From positions 36,580,001-36,644,000 of the forward strand of contig OZ024747.1 of NCBI GenBank assembly GCA_964016885.1: DNA of 64,000 bases. Direction: 5' to 3'. The translations under genes and the position numbers were made by a program. The notes under the pieces are model-generated. The model searched no databases. It saw only the letters and a list, made by a program, of their open reading frames with translations, and was not told where the DNA came from. Shown piece after piece: positions 28,301 to 41,870 of this stretch (positions are counted from its first letter, which is position 1; the number at the start of each line of letters is the position of its first letter). The DNA comes from Eledone cirrhosa. Taxonomy: Eukaryota.

Positions 28301-28656
28301 GTTGCTGACCTGTGGGGCTATGTAGAACGACTACTGTCGCGGGTGGGACCAATCCGGTTGACCACCGAGAACATTGTCACAATCAAACCGCCTCCCCCTT
28401 TCAAAAACGAAGGAGAGGCGGTTTTCCTTTGTGTGATAGCCATGGCGAAAGAAGTTGTATGGTGGACAAGGTTGAAAGGGCTGAGGTGAGACACCTATCT
28501 CTCCGGCCAACAACTGGTCTTTTTTTTCAAGTACCACTTTAGAAGAAGGATCAGAATGGAGAGAGAGGTGCTTACCCCAGCAAGTTTTATGAAAGATGGG
28601 TGAAAGTAGCGAGAATGGCCCGAGTGAATGGGCCTTCTCTCTATATCAGCCTGTAG
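25380..28656 (+). CDS. LINE ORF2 (AP endonuclease + reverse transcriptase + CCHC), disrupted
   Basis: VNARGL, GDWN, SYLDRF, SDH, SPGLD, FRPITLLN, LDQSKAFDRVDH, RQGCPLS, YADD, CPRC..ETVAHAFVHC. Deletion/frameshift near 25590 and premature stop at 28489. Confidence 0.92.
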
Positions 28657-29629
28657 GTGAGAGAGGAGAAGAATGAGGAGAGGAAGGAAGCACCCGCTCT
28701 TTGTGCTCCTGAAGAGGAGGGTTGCACATTTTTTCGGGGGTGTGTGCGACCCATGTCAACGCCCCTCCCTATTGAGGACATCGATTGTTAAATTTAATTT
28801 GTTATGTGTTTTTTACACGTCTTTTGAAATGTATGTAAACTCCCCCCTTTGTATTTGTCCCAATCTTTGATGCCCTGGTGGCAAATAAATAGAAATATAT
28901 ATCAATTTACACCAACCTCTTCCCCTCTCTATGTCTACCACACAACCCTCTCTCTTAATCGCCCTCTCTAAATCAATCTCCAGTAACCTCTCCCTCTCTC
29001 ATTACCCATTGCTATTTCTTCTATACACCACTCTATATACATAAGCTCTCGTACAAAACGCTCTCATTATAGACCTCTCTATATCCATTGCTACCAAACA
29101 ATCCCCTCTCTATATTTATCACAGGCACACTCTCATTATCCCACTTTCGATATCCATTAACACCAATTTAACCCCTCTCTATGTCTATTACACAAATCTT
29201 TCTCATACTCCACCTCTCTATATCTACTACCATCAAACTCTCCCACTCATTCTATTTATTTCTACCTCTCTCTCTAAATCACTCTCAATTTATATATCAC
29301 CAGTAAATTCTACCCCTCTTTATAACTATCTACACTCATCTCTCCCATTCCCCCTCTATATCTCAATCACTAACAAACTCTCCTCCTCAATGTAAGGCTA
29401 TTATTATTGCTATCTATATAGTTACCTACGCCTCTATACCTGTCGTTAGTGTCATTATATCCCGCTGCGTGCGGAGTAGTACCATTATCACTCTGCACGC
29501 CGCAGCGCCTTCTGTCGTCGTCGGGTGACCGATTAGCTTATTTATAGGTGCACCGTAACTACCCATAATAGCGTTAAGCATTATATAGGGGCTATCTCTG
29601 GCCCGTTCAAAAATAGATTTCGAACATAT

Positions 29630-30000
29630 CTCCACTCTTTCGCAAACAAGAAACTAAGACACTACACTTAGCTCACGAATTACATCACAGCATTAAAAGA
29701 CTCAAACATCAGCTTCTACACGCACTGGGAAATTGTTGGCAGGGAGGCACCGTACAATTTCAAGAAGAAGTGCGAGCTTTGCCTCATGGAGCTTTACCAT
29801 ATCATAACGGCACCTCGTGAGCTCATACGATATACGGTGCTGATGACAGCTAATTAAGCTAGCAACTAGTTCATCATTGCTTTGTCAGTGTTGAACAAAA
29901 TGGCAACGATGGTTGCCGAACACTGTACGGCTAATAATTCGGGCTGTTTTTTACAAACAACCCGAGCATTAAAATAAATGTTCGGTAAACCCATACGTAC
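29630..30000 (+). mobile_element. Naiad-like GIY-YIG fragment followed by a hammerhead pLTR (29836-29875)
   Basis: LKDSNISFYTHWEIVGREAPYNFKKKCELCLMELYHI, then ggtg-CTGATGA-cagct..agct-aGCAA-ctag-TT-catc. Homologous to 35290-35450. Confidence 0.7.
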
Positions 30001-30178
30001 ATATCTATCTATCTATCTATATATATATGTCTGCATGTATGTATGTATATACATACTGCTGTACGCCTGTGTACATATATGTATGTACGTATACATATTT
30101 ATATTTAAGTATCAGCAGTACTAAGAGTAAGAAATGAAATTTCATTTTTTCCATATATATATATATATATATGTATAT

Positions 30179-30372
30179 ATAGGAACAAGTATGACCCCGA
30201 CGGCAGAGCTCAAGCCGTTTAGACGGCTAATTCTGAGTCCAGAATTACCCGTCAAAATGGCATGAGCTCTGCCGTCGGGGTCATACTTGTTCCTATTACC
30301 CACTCTAATACCCTAAATATTGAGTACTTTGGTGCGTTATGGTCCATCTGGTTCCTTACCACATTTCCTTCG

Positions 30373-30374
<2 letters not shown>
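30179..30374. mobile_element. Fold-back of a hammerhead 3' half (same family as 50.6 and 62.3 kb)
   Basis: Hairpin 30179-30296. Family consensus tagccgtc-GAAA-cggc-ttgagctca-gccg-TC-gggg. Confidence 0.75.
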
Positions 30375-30441
<67 letters not shown>

Positions 30442-31038
30442 AGTGTGAAGGAGAGAGGGCCTTTCATGTTATGTGATTGCGAATGAACGCGTGTTGTCAA
30501 TATCTACATTATATTCACGAATTTCCTGAAAATCAATCGAAGTTACTTTATAATTTTGTATATTGCCTCGTAGGTGAACAGTATCATTTCATTTTCTTGT
30601 TTGGCTTCAGCTAGTTAATAATTTATTGTTACTATTGCCTTTGAAAACCAGCTTAGAAGTCTCATAAGTGCCACCCAATTGAAATCTTTACTTGGTGGAT
30701 ATATTTTTCGCAAAAGGGTTTCGTCTACACAAAATTGCTATAAGAAATATTTTCGTAAATGTAATATAAGTAGCGTAAATATTCATCAACTGTTGGATTC
30801 TCAGTTTTTATAAACAAATATCGTGTAGATTTCTTTTGTTAATACTTTCCTGGCAGAAATGTTTTATTATATCAAGTTACTATGGTTGACACCTTGGAGA
30901 ATGTATGCAAGGAACTTCATGTCCAGTTTATCATGCTTAGAGCCTTACGTCTCAGCAATTAAAAAGATATCTTTCATTCGAAATATGTATTTAATATGAG
31001 ATGCTAATTCCTTATCAAAGGAGAATTATTATTTCTAA

Positions 31039-31217
31039 GTGAATTGACAGTATCGGTAGAGGGTCGGACGCCATGCTTTCTAGCATAGTTACGTCCCTTT
31101 ACATTCTGAGTTCAAATCCCGCCGAGGTTAATTTTGTTTTCATCCTTACGGGGTCGATAAAATAAAGTACCAGTAATGCACTGGGTAATTGCTGGCCTTG
31201 TGCCTAAAGTAGAAACA
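31039..31217 (+). mobile_element. tRNA-derived SINE, same family as 9806
   Basis: Near-identical sequence; TSD attatttctaa. Confidence 0.85.
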
Positions 31218-34200
31218 ATTATTTCTAATTCTTCACATGCATACCTATAACTTCACACACATACACACATAGATATACACGCACACAAACACACACATGG
31301 ATATACCTCTGTGTGTGTGTGGCTTTTATTCTCGTTGAGAGTTATCTGTTATTTAGGCGTTTCCATGAAATCTAGAAGTCTATCAGACATGACAAACTAA
31401 GTAAAGATGTATCATTGGCTAGTCATTAACTGCTTCACAGTAAATGAAAGGCTTTCGCCATGATTCCGCAGAATATCGAATTGGATAGTTTTCTCCACTT
31501 TCAATACTTTCTTTCACTTTATAAGAGGATTAACACAATGATATGCCTTATTAAACGATATTACATTTGGAGCTACATTTTTATATTGTTTGCTCAAATC
31601 ATATCATGGAACGAGAAAATGTTACGGCGATTTGATTAAAACATTAAAATAATTATGTGGGTAGATTGGGAAACATTTTCTTATTGGTAATTGCAAACAT
31701 AACTATTAATTGAACCCCATTTAATACCAATATTTTATATCATATATATGTAATAATTGTTTCTACTTTAGACACAAGTCCAGCAATTAACCAGTGCATT
31801 ACTGGTGCATATATATGTAATAATGAAGCTATTCTGAAGATCCTATTTTCTCTTACATTTCAGTAGTCATCAAATACAGTTTTGAGAATCGGGAATTGGT
31901 ATAATCGTTCCAACGTCAGATAGAAGGCTTTGCGTTTTACGTTTCGGCTATCTGCTTTCTGCGTTCGAATCCCGCCTTGGACGTTAAAGAAATATACCAG
32001 TCTAATACTGGCCTGGATTCTTCCTGTACATATCTTTCTCGCTTCCGTTTTCTCACTCTATAACATTCACTGGAAAAATATTTAAACATGGAGAGGAGAT
32101 GGGCCCCGCCAGGTATAAAAATGTCATAGAAACGCCTTATGTTAATACAGCATTTCTACCACTCACTTAAGTCTAACCAGACCGTAATAAAACAAAAAAA
32201 GAAAAAAAGATAGACATCTTGACGTATAACAACTTTTGATCTTGCAGTACGAGTTAAAGTCAGAAATGAAATTTGGTATTAAAGCCTTTGAATACTGCAT
32301 TTCATTCCATCTTGACAAATGAATAGATACACATGTAAGAACGGAAATAGTAGATTAATTGTTTGATGCAGTTTTGAAAAAATGTCGTAATCAATGGCTT
32401 TGATTTGGTAGATCTATTATGGAATTTGAAAGAATAATATAAATCAAATTAACTGAATACCACAGACTTCTCCATCACATTAATAATAAAATGATATTTA
32501 TACATACATTACTGTAGATACTGCTTCATAATTTGACTAACATGCAGGATTATTAGTATAGCTCTAAATATAATGGAGCTCAATTTTGTTATTCAATACG
32601 AGGAAACTCCGACGTTTATCCTCTCAAATTTTCTTTAGCTTTCGTTAGCATTGCTTCATTAATTGTCTTGCTAAATTAAACTGATTATCTCTACCTATGA
32701 ATTATAAGAGACCGAGAATGTGTTTACTTCATTCAGACGATATTAATTTGCATAGGAAATCATACTGCAAACTAGAATTCTCACTGTAAACTTACAAAGT
32801 ACATTAAACCTCGCCTCATGCTGTGAATATCATATCGATATTATTAAATGCACTTGAGTAAACATTAACCCTTGGAATAATCGAATCAAGTATAGTAATT
32901 TGCTCAGTGATTAATATTTACACGATGAATTGTTAGAAATATGAATAAGAATAGGCTAATATATTAATTGTTTAAATTATTAATTGGTGGTGGGGGTTTT
33001 TGTATTTTATATATAATTATAGGTGTGGTCAATTGAAATATAGATCTTTTATGCTTTACCGAAAGGGAATTAACGGAACAAAGCACGTTTCTTGAATTAA
33101 ACCCATCAGTTTTTGGATTTACTATAAAACTGCAATCAATAGTGTATTTGCGGAGTTTCCGTTTTAGTTATTGAAAAAATATAAACGATAAAATATCAAA
33201 AATGTTTTCATGCCAAGAGTTTTTATTATGTCCGTGTTGCTTTCTGATCTGGTTTAAACGTGTTTGCAATTTCCTGGTTATGATTTAAAGTAACATTATT
33301 GCGAACAGGACTTTTAAAGTAGATTGAACTGAGTTCACATACGATATTTCAATATTGGTCATGTGTCCTTGAAACAAAGCTCTAGGCTAGTCTTCGGACT
33401 CTGTTGAAAAAGTGGGTGGATGTTGCTCCAGGCTGGTAACTTTGCCTCTACATCTCCATTAATCAAAGTTGCTACAGAAACGACGAGCAGATACTTGATT
33501 GTGCGCATGCCCATGTCGAGAATTGCAGCCGAGTGGAGATCACTGATCGCCAAATTTTTGGGGAGCAAAAGTAAGTATAGAAGTGTTGCTTTTATTATCG
33601 TTTAACGCCATGCTGACGCTGCCAAACAGACCTATGATCAAAATCTTCCTATCCGTGAAAATCCAGTTTAGTCAAATATAATTCATCCCAGTTTACGTTA
33701 TCCCATAAATCATCATCAATTATTTTCAAACAGTTTGAAATTTCATTTCAGATGTATATGTCATCTATTTCTAGCATTTCTATCAACTAGTTGCTCACTC
33801 TTGTGATCCTCACTGCGCTATATTTTTCTCATAACTGGCGTTCACATGTATTCACTCAGTGTCGACGACATAAGAATCGAGAATATAATTAAGTCTATAC
33901 AACAAGTAACTGTAATATGTCTCCATCGATGTTATGTGATATACCTTCAAATGTTCAACGATAAATATAAAATCGCTATTAACATTCATTTAGCTTGCCT
34001 AACGAGATCAAACATTTAAAATCAATGAGATAATTAAATTATAATAGTAACATTTTAAATCAACAATCTCTCGCAGTCTGTGTGAGTATGCAGGTTCGTA
34101 CGTATGTAGGGTGTGTGTATATGTGTATTTCATGTTTTGGTTGACTTACGTCTCCGAACATTCGTGTATTTACATGTAGGTATGTGTGTGCGCTTGTTAT

Positions 34201-34792
34201 ATACGTATTTATTTATCTATATACGTTTATTTAATTATTTATTTATTTGTATACACGCATACACACACACATATTTATATGTGCGTGGTTTTGTAAACCT
34301 ATGGTAAGTGTTTTGCGTATGCTTGTGTATGTACGAATTTGTTTGCGGGTATGTATTTATTTATTTCTATTACTTCTGTATTGTATTTATTTACTTTGCT
34401 CTTAACTCTGTAGCGGAGGTTCATTCGGTCTCCTAGTTAGAATTTTAGTCTACGACTTCTGCTATACAATTTACGTGGTTTTGTCTTTGCGTGCTTTGTT
34501 CTCCACGCTCCACATATGACGTATTGTCTTCGTTTTTTTCGTTCATTGCCAGAGAACGTCTCTATGAACCACCTAAGAGAACATTAGTCTACGACCACTT
34601 TTATACCATAAACGTGGTTCTGTCTTTGTGCGTAATTGTTTTTCACCGCTCCTATTAATGACGTATCTTATTCGTTTTTTCCCGTTCTTTGCCAGCACAC
34701 GTTTCCACGAACCAAAGTATCGTCTTCCTGTCTTCCTCCGGTTGCAACGTTTTTTGAAATATCCACTTCTGCGGTTACAGATTGACTTTGTT

Positions 34793-34843
34793 AGTTTCAG
34801 AAGATCCCGTTAAGGGCGAAATCAACGATTCTTTGCTTAAACT
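34793..34843 (+). ncRNA. Degenerate hammerhead
   Basis: CAGAAGA-tccc-gttaa-gggc-GAAA-tc-aac-ga-TT, followed by AATAAA. Preceded by a ~139-bp tandem dimer (34447-34714). Confidence 0.45.
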
Positions 34844-34963
34844 TTAATCTGTTATTTTAATAAATATTTGCTCTACGGTTCTTATATATTTGATATATAC
34901 TTATCCTTATCGAGCCCTCTTTGCATTTTAATCTTGAAATTTATTATTATTACTGTATATATG

Positions 34964-35080
34964 TGAAGGCGTGTGGCTGAGTGGTTAGAGAATTGGATTC
35001 GCAATCGTAAGGTTGTGAGTTCGATTCCTGGACCAGGCGATGCGTTATGTCCTTGAGCAAGACACTTTATTTCACGTTGC
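34964..35080 (+). mobile_element. Second tRNA-derived SINE family, 5' part
   Basis: tggctgagtggttag (A box), gagttcgattcc (B box), tgtccttgagcaagacactt core. Confidence 0.75.
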
Positions 35081-35411
35081 TTCTTCTACCTGGAGTTGCG
35101 ACCGATAGATAGTATTAGCAATTGGAAAGACCAACGGAAACATTGTTCCCTCGGTCCAATTTGACGAAAGTCGATCGTTCCATCTACTGTATATATATAT
35201 ATATATATATATGTATACGTACATACATATATGTATACAAACGTACAGTAGTATGTATATATATACATACATGCACACATATATATATGTACGTAGCATT
35301 TATCGAGCATTTATTATAATGCTCGGTTTGTTTGTAAACAAACATCCTGAATTAATCCGTACATTGTTTAGCAAGCATCATTGCCCTTTTGTTCAATACT
35401 GACAAAGGAAC

Positions 35412-35450
35412 GACGTACTAGTTTCAAGCTTATTAGCTATCGTCAGCACC
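35412..35450 (-). ncRNA. Minimal hammerhead, intact core
   Basis: ggtg-CTGACGA-t-agct-aata-agct-t-GAAA-ctag-TA-cgtc; palindromic stem III. Confidence 0.75.
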
Positions 35451-35479
35451 GTATACCTTCCTGCCAGATGATTGAACGT

Positions 35480-38240
35480 TGACCGGTGAGGAATACCTGG
35501 ATGTGCCGTAGCCTTAATGCGTGTTTACGCATCAGCAGGCACGGCATCCCTAGCCCTCCTTTCGAAGGGTATTGACAGCAGATGGATCTCCTCACCAAAG
35601 GCGCCTGCTTCTTCCAAAGGAATTGGAAGAGTGCGCGCTCCATTTTGGTGATCGTTTGCCTTGGGCAAGCACGACGGTGAGGCGGTAGTAGATGACGGAC
35701 GCTATATAAGTGTTCGCCACCTCCGTCCGACCTTTCAGGGATAGTTTCCACTCGACCCACTTCTGGGTTAGTGCAAACACCCTGTTCGTTACCTTACCCC
35801 AATTTTTCTCCACCTGGAGGTCTGGTCCGAACCAGAACCCGAGCAACCTCACCCCACCCCCTCCCCCCGTCCAGCGTCCGATGACGCAATTGGAGGGCAT
35901 CGATTTGCCCCTCCACGGGCCGAGTTGCAACCCGATCGACTTGTCCCGGTTCAGCTTAGCCCCTGTAAACCTTTCGTACTCCTCCAGTAAGGTACCGATC
36001 GCCCCGATTTCCGAGGCGGTCGACACCATTACTGTTACGTCATCGGCGTAGGCCGACACCACTTTCCGCAATCCCGGTACCAAAGGGATGCCCTGCAACA
36101 ACTCCAATTTCCGCAGCCGTGGCTCGAGGGCCAATATATAAGGAAGGGAGGAGAGAGGGCACCCTTGTCGGATGGACCGCGTGATTTCGAACGGCTCCGA
36201 GAGGTAGCCGTTCAACTTGACTCTAGAGCAAATGCGGCTGCTGCGCATGGCAGGGATCCAGCCCCTGAAAACGGGTCCGAAACCTGCCGCCGCTAGCACC
36301 GCATCCAGGTAACCATGGTCGACCCTATCGAATGCCTTATTTTGATCCAAGTAGATCAGGGCCCCACCAAAGCCGGGTTCGTTCCGAACCCTCTCTATAA
36401 TGTGTCACATAAGGTGCAGATTGTCGTGGATGGACCTGGACTGGATAGCACATGTCTGCGCATCTCCAATCAGGTTGCCCACGACAAGCGCCAACTTTTC
36501 TAACACCTTGGCCAAAATCTTTAACACTGCATTTAGCAGAGTTATGGGCCTGAAATTACTTATTTTGTCCCCCTTGTTCTCGTCCTTCCTCACTAGCGAC
36601 ACTACGCCCTTTGTCACAGAACAGGGAATTCTCCCGTTCTGTTGCCAGTTGCAGTAGACCGCCTCGAGGAGATTGGGGAACAAGTCCGGCATATCTAGAT
36701 ATAGTTCGTATGGAAGACCATCGAGACCCGGGGATTTGTTTTGCCGCATCGGCTCAGCACGTCCCCTATCTCAGTAGCTGAAATCGGCCCCTCGCAGGAC
36801 TTCGCCTCCTTGTCCGAAAGACGCGGCAGGCCATCGAAGTCCACATCCCCATCCGGCACCCCGCCCCTCCCGAACAATCGGGTAAAGTGCCTTTGAAAGG
36901 CCTCACACATCTGCTTAGGCTCAAGGATCACCCGTCCATCCTGATCTCGCAAAGACTGGATAGTGGATCTAATCCCTATTTTGGCTTCTGTCACGCGGGC
37001 CCAGCTAACAGCTTTGGTCCCCTCGTTTCATAGAGCACGTATTTTGCTTCGGACAACGCAGCCTTCGTGCTTCGCGTCAAACAAATGGCCCAAGGCCATT
37101 CTCGAGGCTAGCACTCTGGCCACGTCGCCTCTTCTAATTGCCTCTTCTACGCTATCTACCAACTCTTTTTCCTTCCTATTTCTATCTGAGGCTAACTCCA
37201 TACTAAATCCTATTGAAACTACTGTAATCTCTCTTTTGAGAGATCCCTACCACCTGCTGTTGACGATCGCTCCCGCCAACCGCTCCTTAACTAAAATACT
37301 AATCCGGTCCCTGTACACTTTACTTGCCGGTAAGGACAAGGTCAGTTTCCAGTAACCGGGTCCCTGTCTCTGGGTTTTATCAAGATTGAGTATGCAGGAC
37401 ACAAATTTGTGATCCGAATAGCCAAACATGAGCATCTTTGGACAGCTTAAAAGGTCCCTATCCTTATTTCTAACTAGGACCCTATCTAGGTACGACCTAG
37501 ATGATCCGCTGGGGTTTGCCTAAGTCCAAGTTGGCGCAGTCGGAAAATCTAGTCGATATTTATCGGCCAGGTCAAATCGGCCGATTAACTCCTTGAGGCT
37601 GTTACACCCCCCTCTATTGGGACATGCCCCTACATAGTCCCAACGTACATCTAGGATACCCGTCCAATTCCCCACTAAAAGCAAGGAGCGGGACGTCTCC
37701 AGAAAAGTCTCCAGACGTTGGAAGAGATCCGGCCGCGCTGACCCGAGATCCGGCGGCGACCAGCCCAAAGGCTCCGCCTTCACCACTGCCAACGTCTGAA
37801 ACCACCAGTCGACCCTCCGTGTCCAGGTGTACCGTCTGTTTTTGCAGCAGAACGACAACCCCATCCCCACCTCCGGGTTGACAGAGAGATGCGTGCATCT
37901 CAAAGTCGTCAAAGGTGGGGGCTAGCTGGCGCACGCTGCTTATCCGGGCCTCGCAAATGACCATCACATTTATACAGCGTGGCCTGAGGTCATTTAGAAG
38001 TTTCGCTTGCTTCCAATATGAGCCCAGGCCACGCGCATTTAGACAAGCCACTCTCAATACAGCCATGTTGGTGGTAAAGAGAAAAAGGAGGCACCTACTT
38101 TTCTAGGTCCTGGGGACCAGGGCGCACAATTTCCATGGATGTGGGGGAGGGGTTGTTGGGTGTGGTGGAGGTTTGTGGTAGAGTGGGGGCATCAGTGTGT
38201 GGTGGGGTTGGGGTGTTTGAAGTTGTGTGGGTAAGAAGGA
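35480..38240 (-). mobile_element. Decayed paralog of the L1/Tx1 LINE (ORF1 end, APE, RT), truncated at both ends
   Basis: MAVLRVACLNARGL, SPGLDGLPYE, FRPITLLN, KAFDRVDH, YADD; highly similar to 25380-27840. Confidence 0.9.
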
Positions 38241-38269
38241 TTTAAGTTGGTCTAAAGTTGTCGAATTTT

Positions 38270-39240
38270 GTTGCTGATTTGTGTCGACAAAAAATAGTTC
38301 GTTCAATTTTACTATTAAGAAGATTGTTTTGGGTATTTTGAATTTGGAAAATTTCCATTTCACAGAGACTGCAATGGAACATAATAATTTGATAGATCCT
38401 CGTTTTTTATAGTTTTTCCCAGCTTATTTCATATTGTATGTTTGCATTCTTGAGTTGCCAGATTTTATTGGCGAGAGTTGTTGTATTCGAGAGATTCCTG
38501 TTAATCATAGAATGTCTGTGGACGTACCACCTTTTCTTAAATTCACCAGCTGTGGAACCAATGTAATACCATGCCGAACTACCTGAATTTATAGTGCATA
38601 GGTATACTATGTTTGTCTCTAGGCATCTGTTTTGTAAAGGGCAATTGTCAGGTAGATGGCAGTTACATTTAGATGCTTTTCTATGCGCCGGTTCTACTAA
38701 ATGGTTTTGCAGGTTGCTATGTATGGGCTGAGAATTGGGTTTGTTGATGTGTTGTGGTGAAATGCTCTGACGTGTGTTTGGTTGTGATGATGTTATATGC
38801 TTGCATTAGGTGTTATGGTTCTTAATTGCGGGCTACTTGAATTACAAACAAATTCTTTTATAGTTAATTATATGAATGTGCGATTCTATTTTGTTGGCAG
38901 TGGAGTATGATAGTTTGATAGTTTTTCTATTAAAGATTTTATGATATTTATGAGTTTTAGGGAAGTGTTTGTCAACTAATTTGCAGAAAGTGAAAGGTAG
39001 CTTAGTTTTTATAGAGGAGTTAAACATTGGATTAAACCATAAGTAGTTTCTATTTCTGCATCTTCTATGGTTATTAGTGGTATTTATATTAGCATTTTGT
39101 ACATTTAAGTTACGTGTTTGCTGCCAATTTCTATGTTTAGCCCTAGGTTTATTGTTCCCGTAGGTGTGGACAATGTTAATATTAAGTGTGTTGCTATTTT
39201 TTGTATCTGGTATGTATTTGAGTCGCTTTTATTGCCTGCC
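38270..39240 (-). mobile_element. Naiad-like PLE fragment (thumb/linker + GIY-YIG)
   Basis: LWFNP..LVDKHFP..KIFNRKTIKLSYS, CNCHLPDNCPLQNRC..IVY..YYIGST..FKKRW, CSLCEME. Confidence 0.85.
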
Positions 39241-39245
39241 TTAAG

Positions 39246-39315
<70 letters not shown>

Positions 39316-39329
39316 ACTTATTAGCAATA

Positions 39330-40106
39330 CATACCCTTTTCAAAGACCTCCCTGTATTGATGAGAAATGTATAATCTGTAAACTAAGCCCCTATATTAAC
39401 TGTAAAACTAGAAATGTAGTATACAGCATAAGATGTACGGAAGGACAATGTAGAGATAAGAATATAGTGTACATAGGTGAGACAGCTCTTAGTATAGGGG
39501 AACGGATAAATGAACACTGGCGAGAGCTTCAAGATAGTAAAGATTCATCTGTACTCCACCAACATGCTAAAATAGAACATAAGGGTAAATTAGAGAACAT
39601 AGAAATAAAAATAGAATCTACACACAGAAAAGACGCAATGGTTAGACAAATCACAGAGGCAATAAACATAAATGAACTCCAACCAAAATTAAATAGAAAA
39701 CATGAATGGAACAGCAACATCACAACTTACAATTAAGGACAAAATGAAAACACACACACACATAGAACAAGCAACCAACCAGTAACATGTAAATAAACAA
39801 ATAAATAAACAAATATATACACACACAGATACCCGGATGTAACACATGTGCAAACTAAGCACACAACACACACAGAAACAAGATGGCGTAGGAGAGAACA
39901 AAGGAGAGGCACAAAAACAAAGAAGAGAATCCCCAGTCACTGAAGAGGTCACAGAATTTGTGACGAAAGAACTTTGACAATATATGAACAATCGTCTGGT
40001 TGTGGAACCAACCAACCGGAAATTTATAAATTTAATTTATAATAAATTGAAGTGAAAGCAACTGGTGCGTGTGTTTCTTATTAGCAACATGACCCTCCCA
40101 AAGTAT

Positions 40107-40110
<4 letters not shown>
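39330..40110 (+). mobile_element. PLE 3' end (GIY-YIG with CxxxxCxxC linker; tentatively Nematis-like) + pLTR
   Basis: CIDEKCIICK..VVYSIRC..C..YIGET..ERINEH..RQITEAI..LNRKHEW. Confidence 0.85.
39936..39978 (+). ncRNA. Hammerhead, intact core
   Basis: gtca-CTGAAGA-ggtcaca-gaatt-tgtgac-GAAA-gaac-TT-tgac. Confidence 0.85.
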
Positions 40111-40185
<75 letters not shown>

Positions 40186-40222
40186 CATATATATACGCAC
40201 GCACACACACATACATATATAC

Positions 40223-40258
<36 letters not shown>

Positions 40259-41687
40259 ATGTGTGTGTTAGATTCTTTTTGTGATTTGTTGTTAATACTC
40301 CTATGTGTATATGTGTGCGAAGGAGACTTTTGTACGAGTATGTATACGGCAATACTGCTTGTACTGACCAACATTGCCAGATCACGTGCCACGCATGTAT
40401 AAAATTCGAATAAACGTATATGTTTCTCCTCACTCATCTTCCCATTATCTCTCGGTGTGTAAATAATTCATTTCATCTCTGAAACATAAAGATATTTCAA
40501 TATATTATAAAATCAACATATATTTCCTAACTCTAAACGTTATATCATCCATAAATTTATCGTTTTGCATTATTCTAGACAACTTGATTTTCCATTGTCG
40601 TTTTATGATAAAAATATGGTTTTCTCAAATATCGTTTGTGCAAATAATAGCTTCATAGGATATGTGAGAGATATAGAGACAGGGTGAGAGACAGACAGAG
40701 AGAGAGAGCGAGAGAGAGAGAGAGAGTGAGAGAGAGCAAGAGAGAGTGAGAGAGAGAGAGAAACAATAAGCGACCGAGACAGACAGACTGTGGTAATATA
40801 AGAGAATTGTTTGACTATATTTTTATTTCATTTTTTCTGATTATATTTTTCCTGTAATCATTCAGTTCATATCTTCATACTCACAATTCTAAAAAAAAAA
40901 TTATTGAATACTTCATATTCATTTTTAGACTTGGTACACTATGAATTTATGTTATGAAATATAAAGCACAGTCGCTATGAGAATATTTGACGTTTATGAG
41001 TTTCACAAAAACATTAACGCCATATTTCAAATGGCGGTTAACTACAGCTAAAAATAAAAATAAAATCTTATATTTAGGCCATCATTATTTTATTTTCATA
41101 ATATTAATGTTTCCAATGACCAACACATGTCACCAAATATTGCTTTCTTGCCAAACATTTACACATTTACAGAATTACACATGATTAAAACTAAATATTC
41201 ATAATACAGCACTCATGTTCAGCACATTCTCTCTATCAGTATCTCGATATCTAATATGAATACGTGCAACTAAATTAGGCAAAGATATTTTAATATTTCA
41301 TGTCACCAGAAGATTCAACAGTATATGAATGTTGCATTAAAACAATAACTGTTCTTGGGAAAAATCAAAAATAGGAAAGGAGAGTGGGTGTGACTAAAAT
41401 TTAGAAACAGAGGAGGTATGAGTGAAATTGAGAGTGGAAGGACTTACAATGACCGAATTAATGTAAGAGTAATATGAAGCAAGTTTATCTAGTATCTATC
41501 TAACATTGATTTCGCGCAACCTCTTATTTCATACTTTTCTGCTCGACGTATCAAATACTTCAAACAACGGTTCATATAAAAAGTATACTTCTAATTACTG
41601 AAATGAGCCATGTTTATGAATGTACGGTATGAGATATATAGAATTCTCACTATAAGATACTTTGTTAAAATCTAGAAATTGGGTGAA

Positions 41688-41870
41688 AATAATTGTTTTT
41701 ACTTTTGGCACAAGGCCAGCAATTATCTCAGTGTATTACTGGTACTTTATCTTATCGACCCCGTAAGGATGAAAGGCAAAGTTAACCTCGGCAGGATTTG
41801 AACTCATATCATAAAGGGCCGTAACTTTTTCTGCAAAGTATGGCGTCAGATCCTCTAGCGATACTGCCAG
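41688..41870 (-). mobile_element. tRNA-derived SINE, same family as 9806
   Basis: Reverse-complement match. Confidence 0.85.

Larger units (their letters stand above)
23388..28897 (+). mobile_element. Near full-length L1/Tx1-clade LINE
   Basis: ORF1 plus APE-RT-CCHC ORF2; AATAAA at the 3' end; 15-bp TSD tatatcaatt(a/t)acac at 23373-23387 and 28898-28912. Confidence 0.92.

Noticed and set aside
23547-28542. Antisense and alternate-frame ORFs within the LINE
   Set aside because: Shadow ORFs of biased or GC-rich coding sequence with no motifs.
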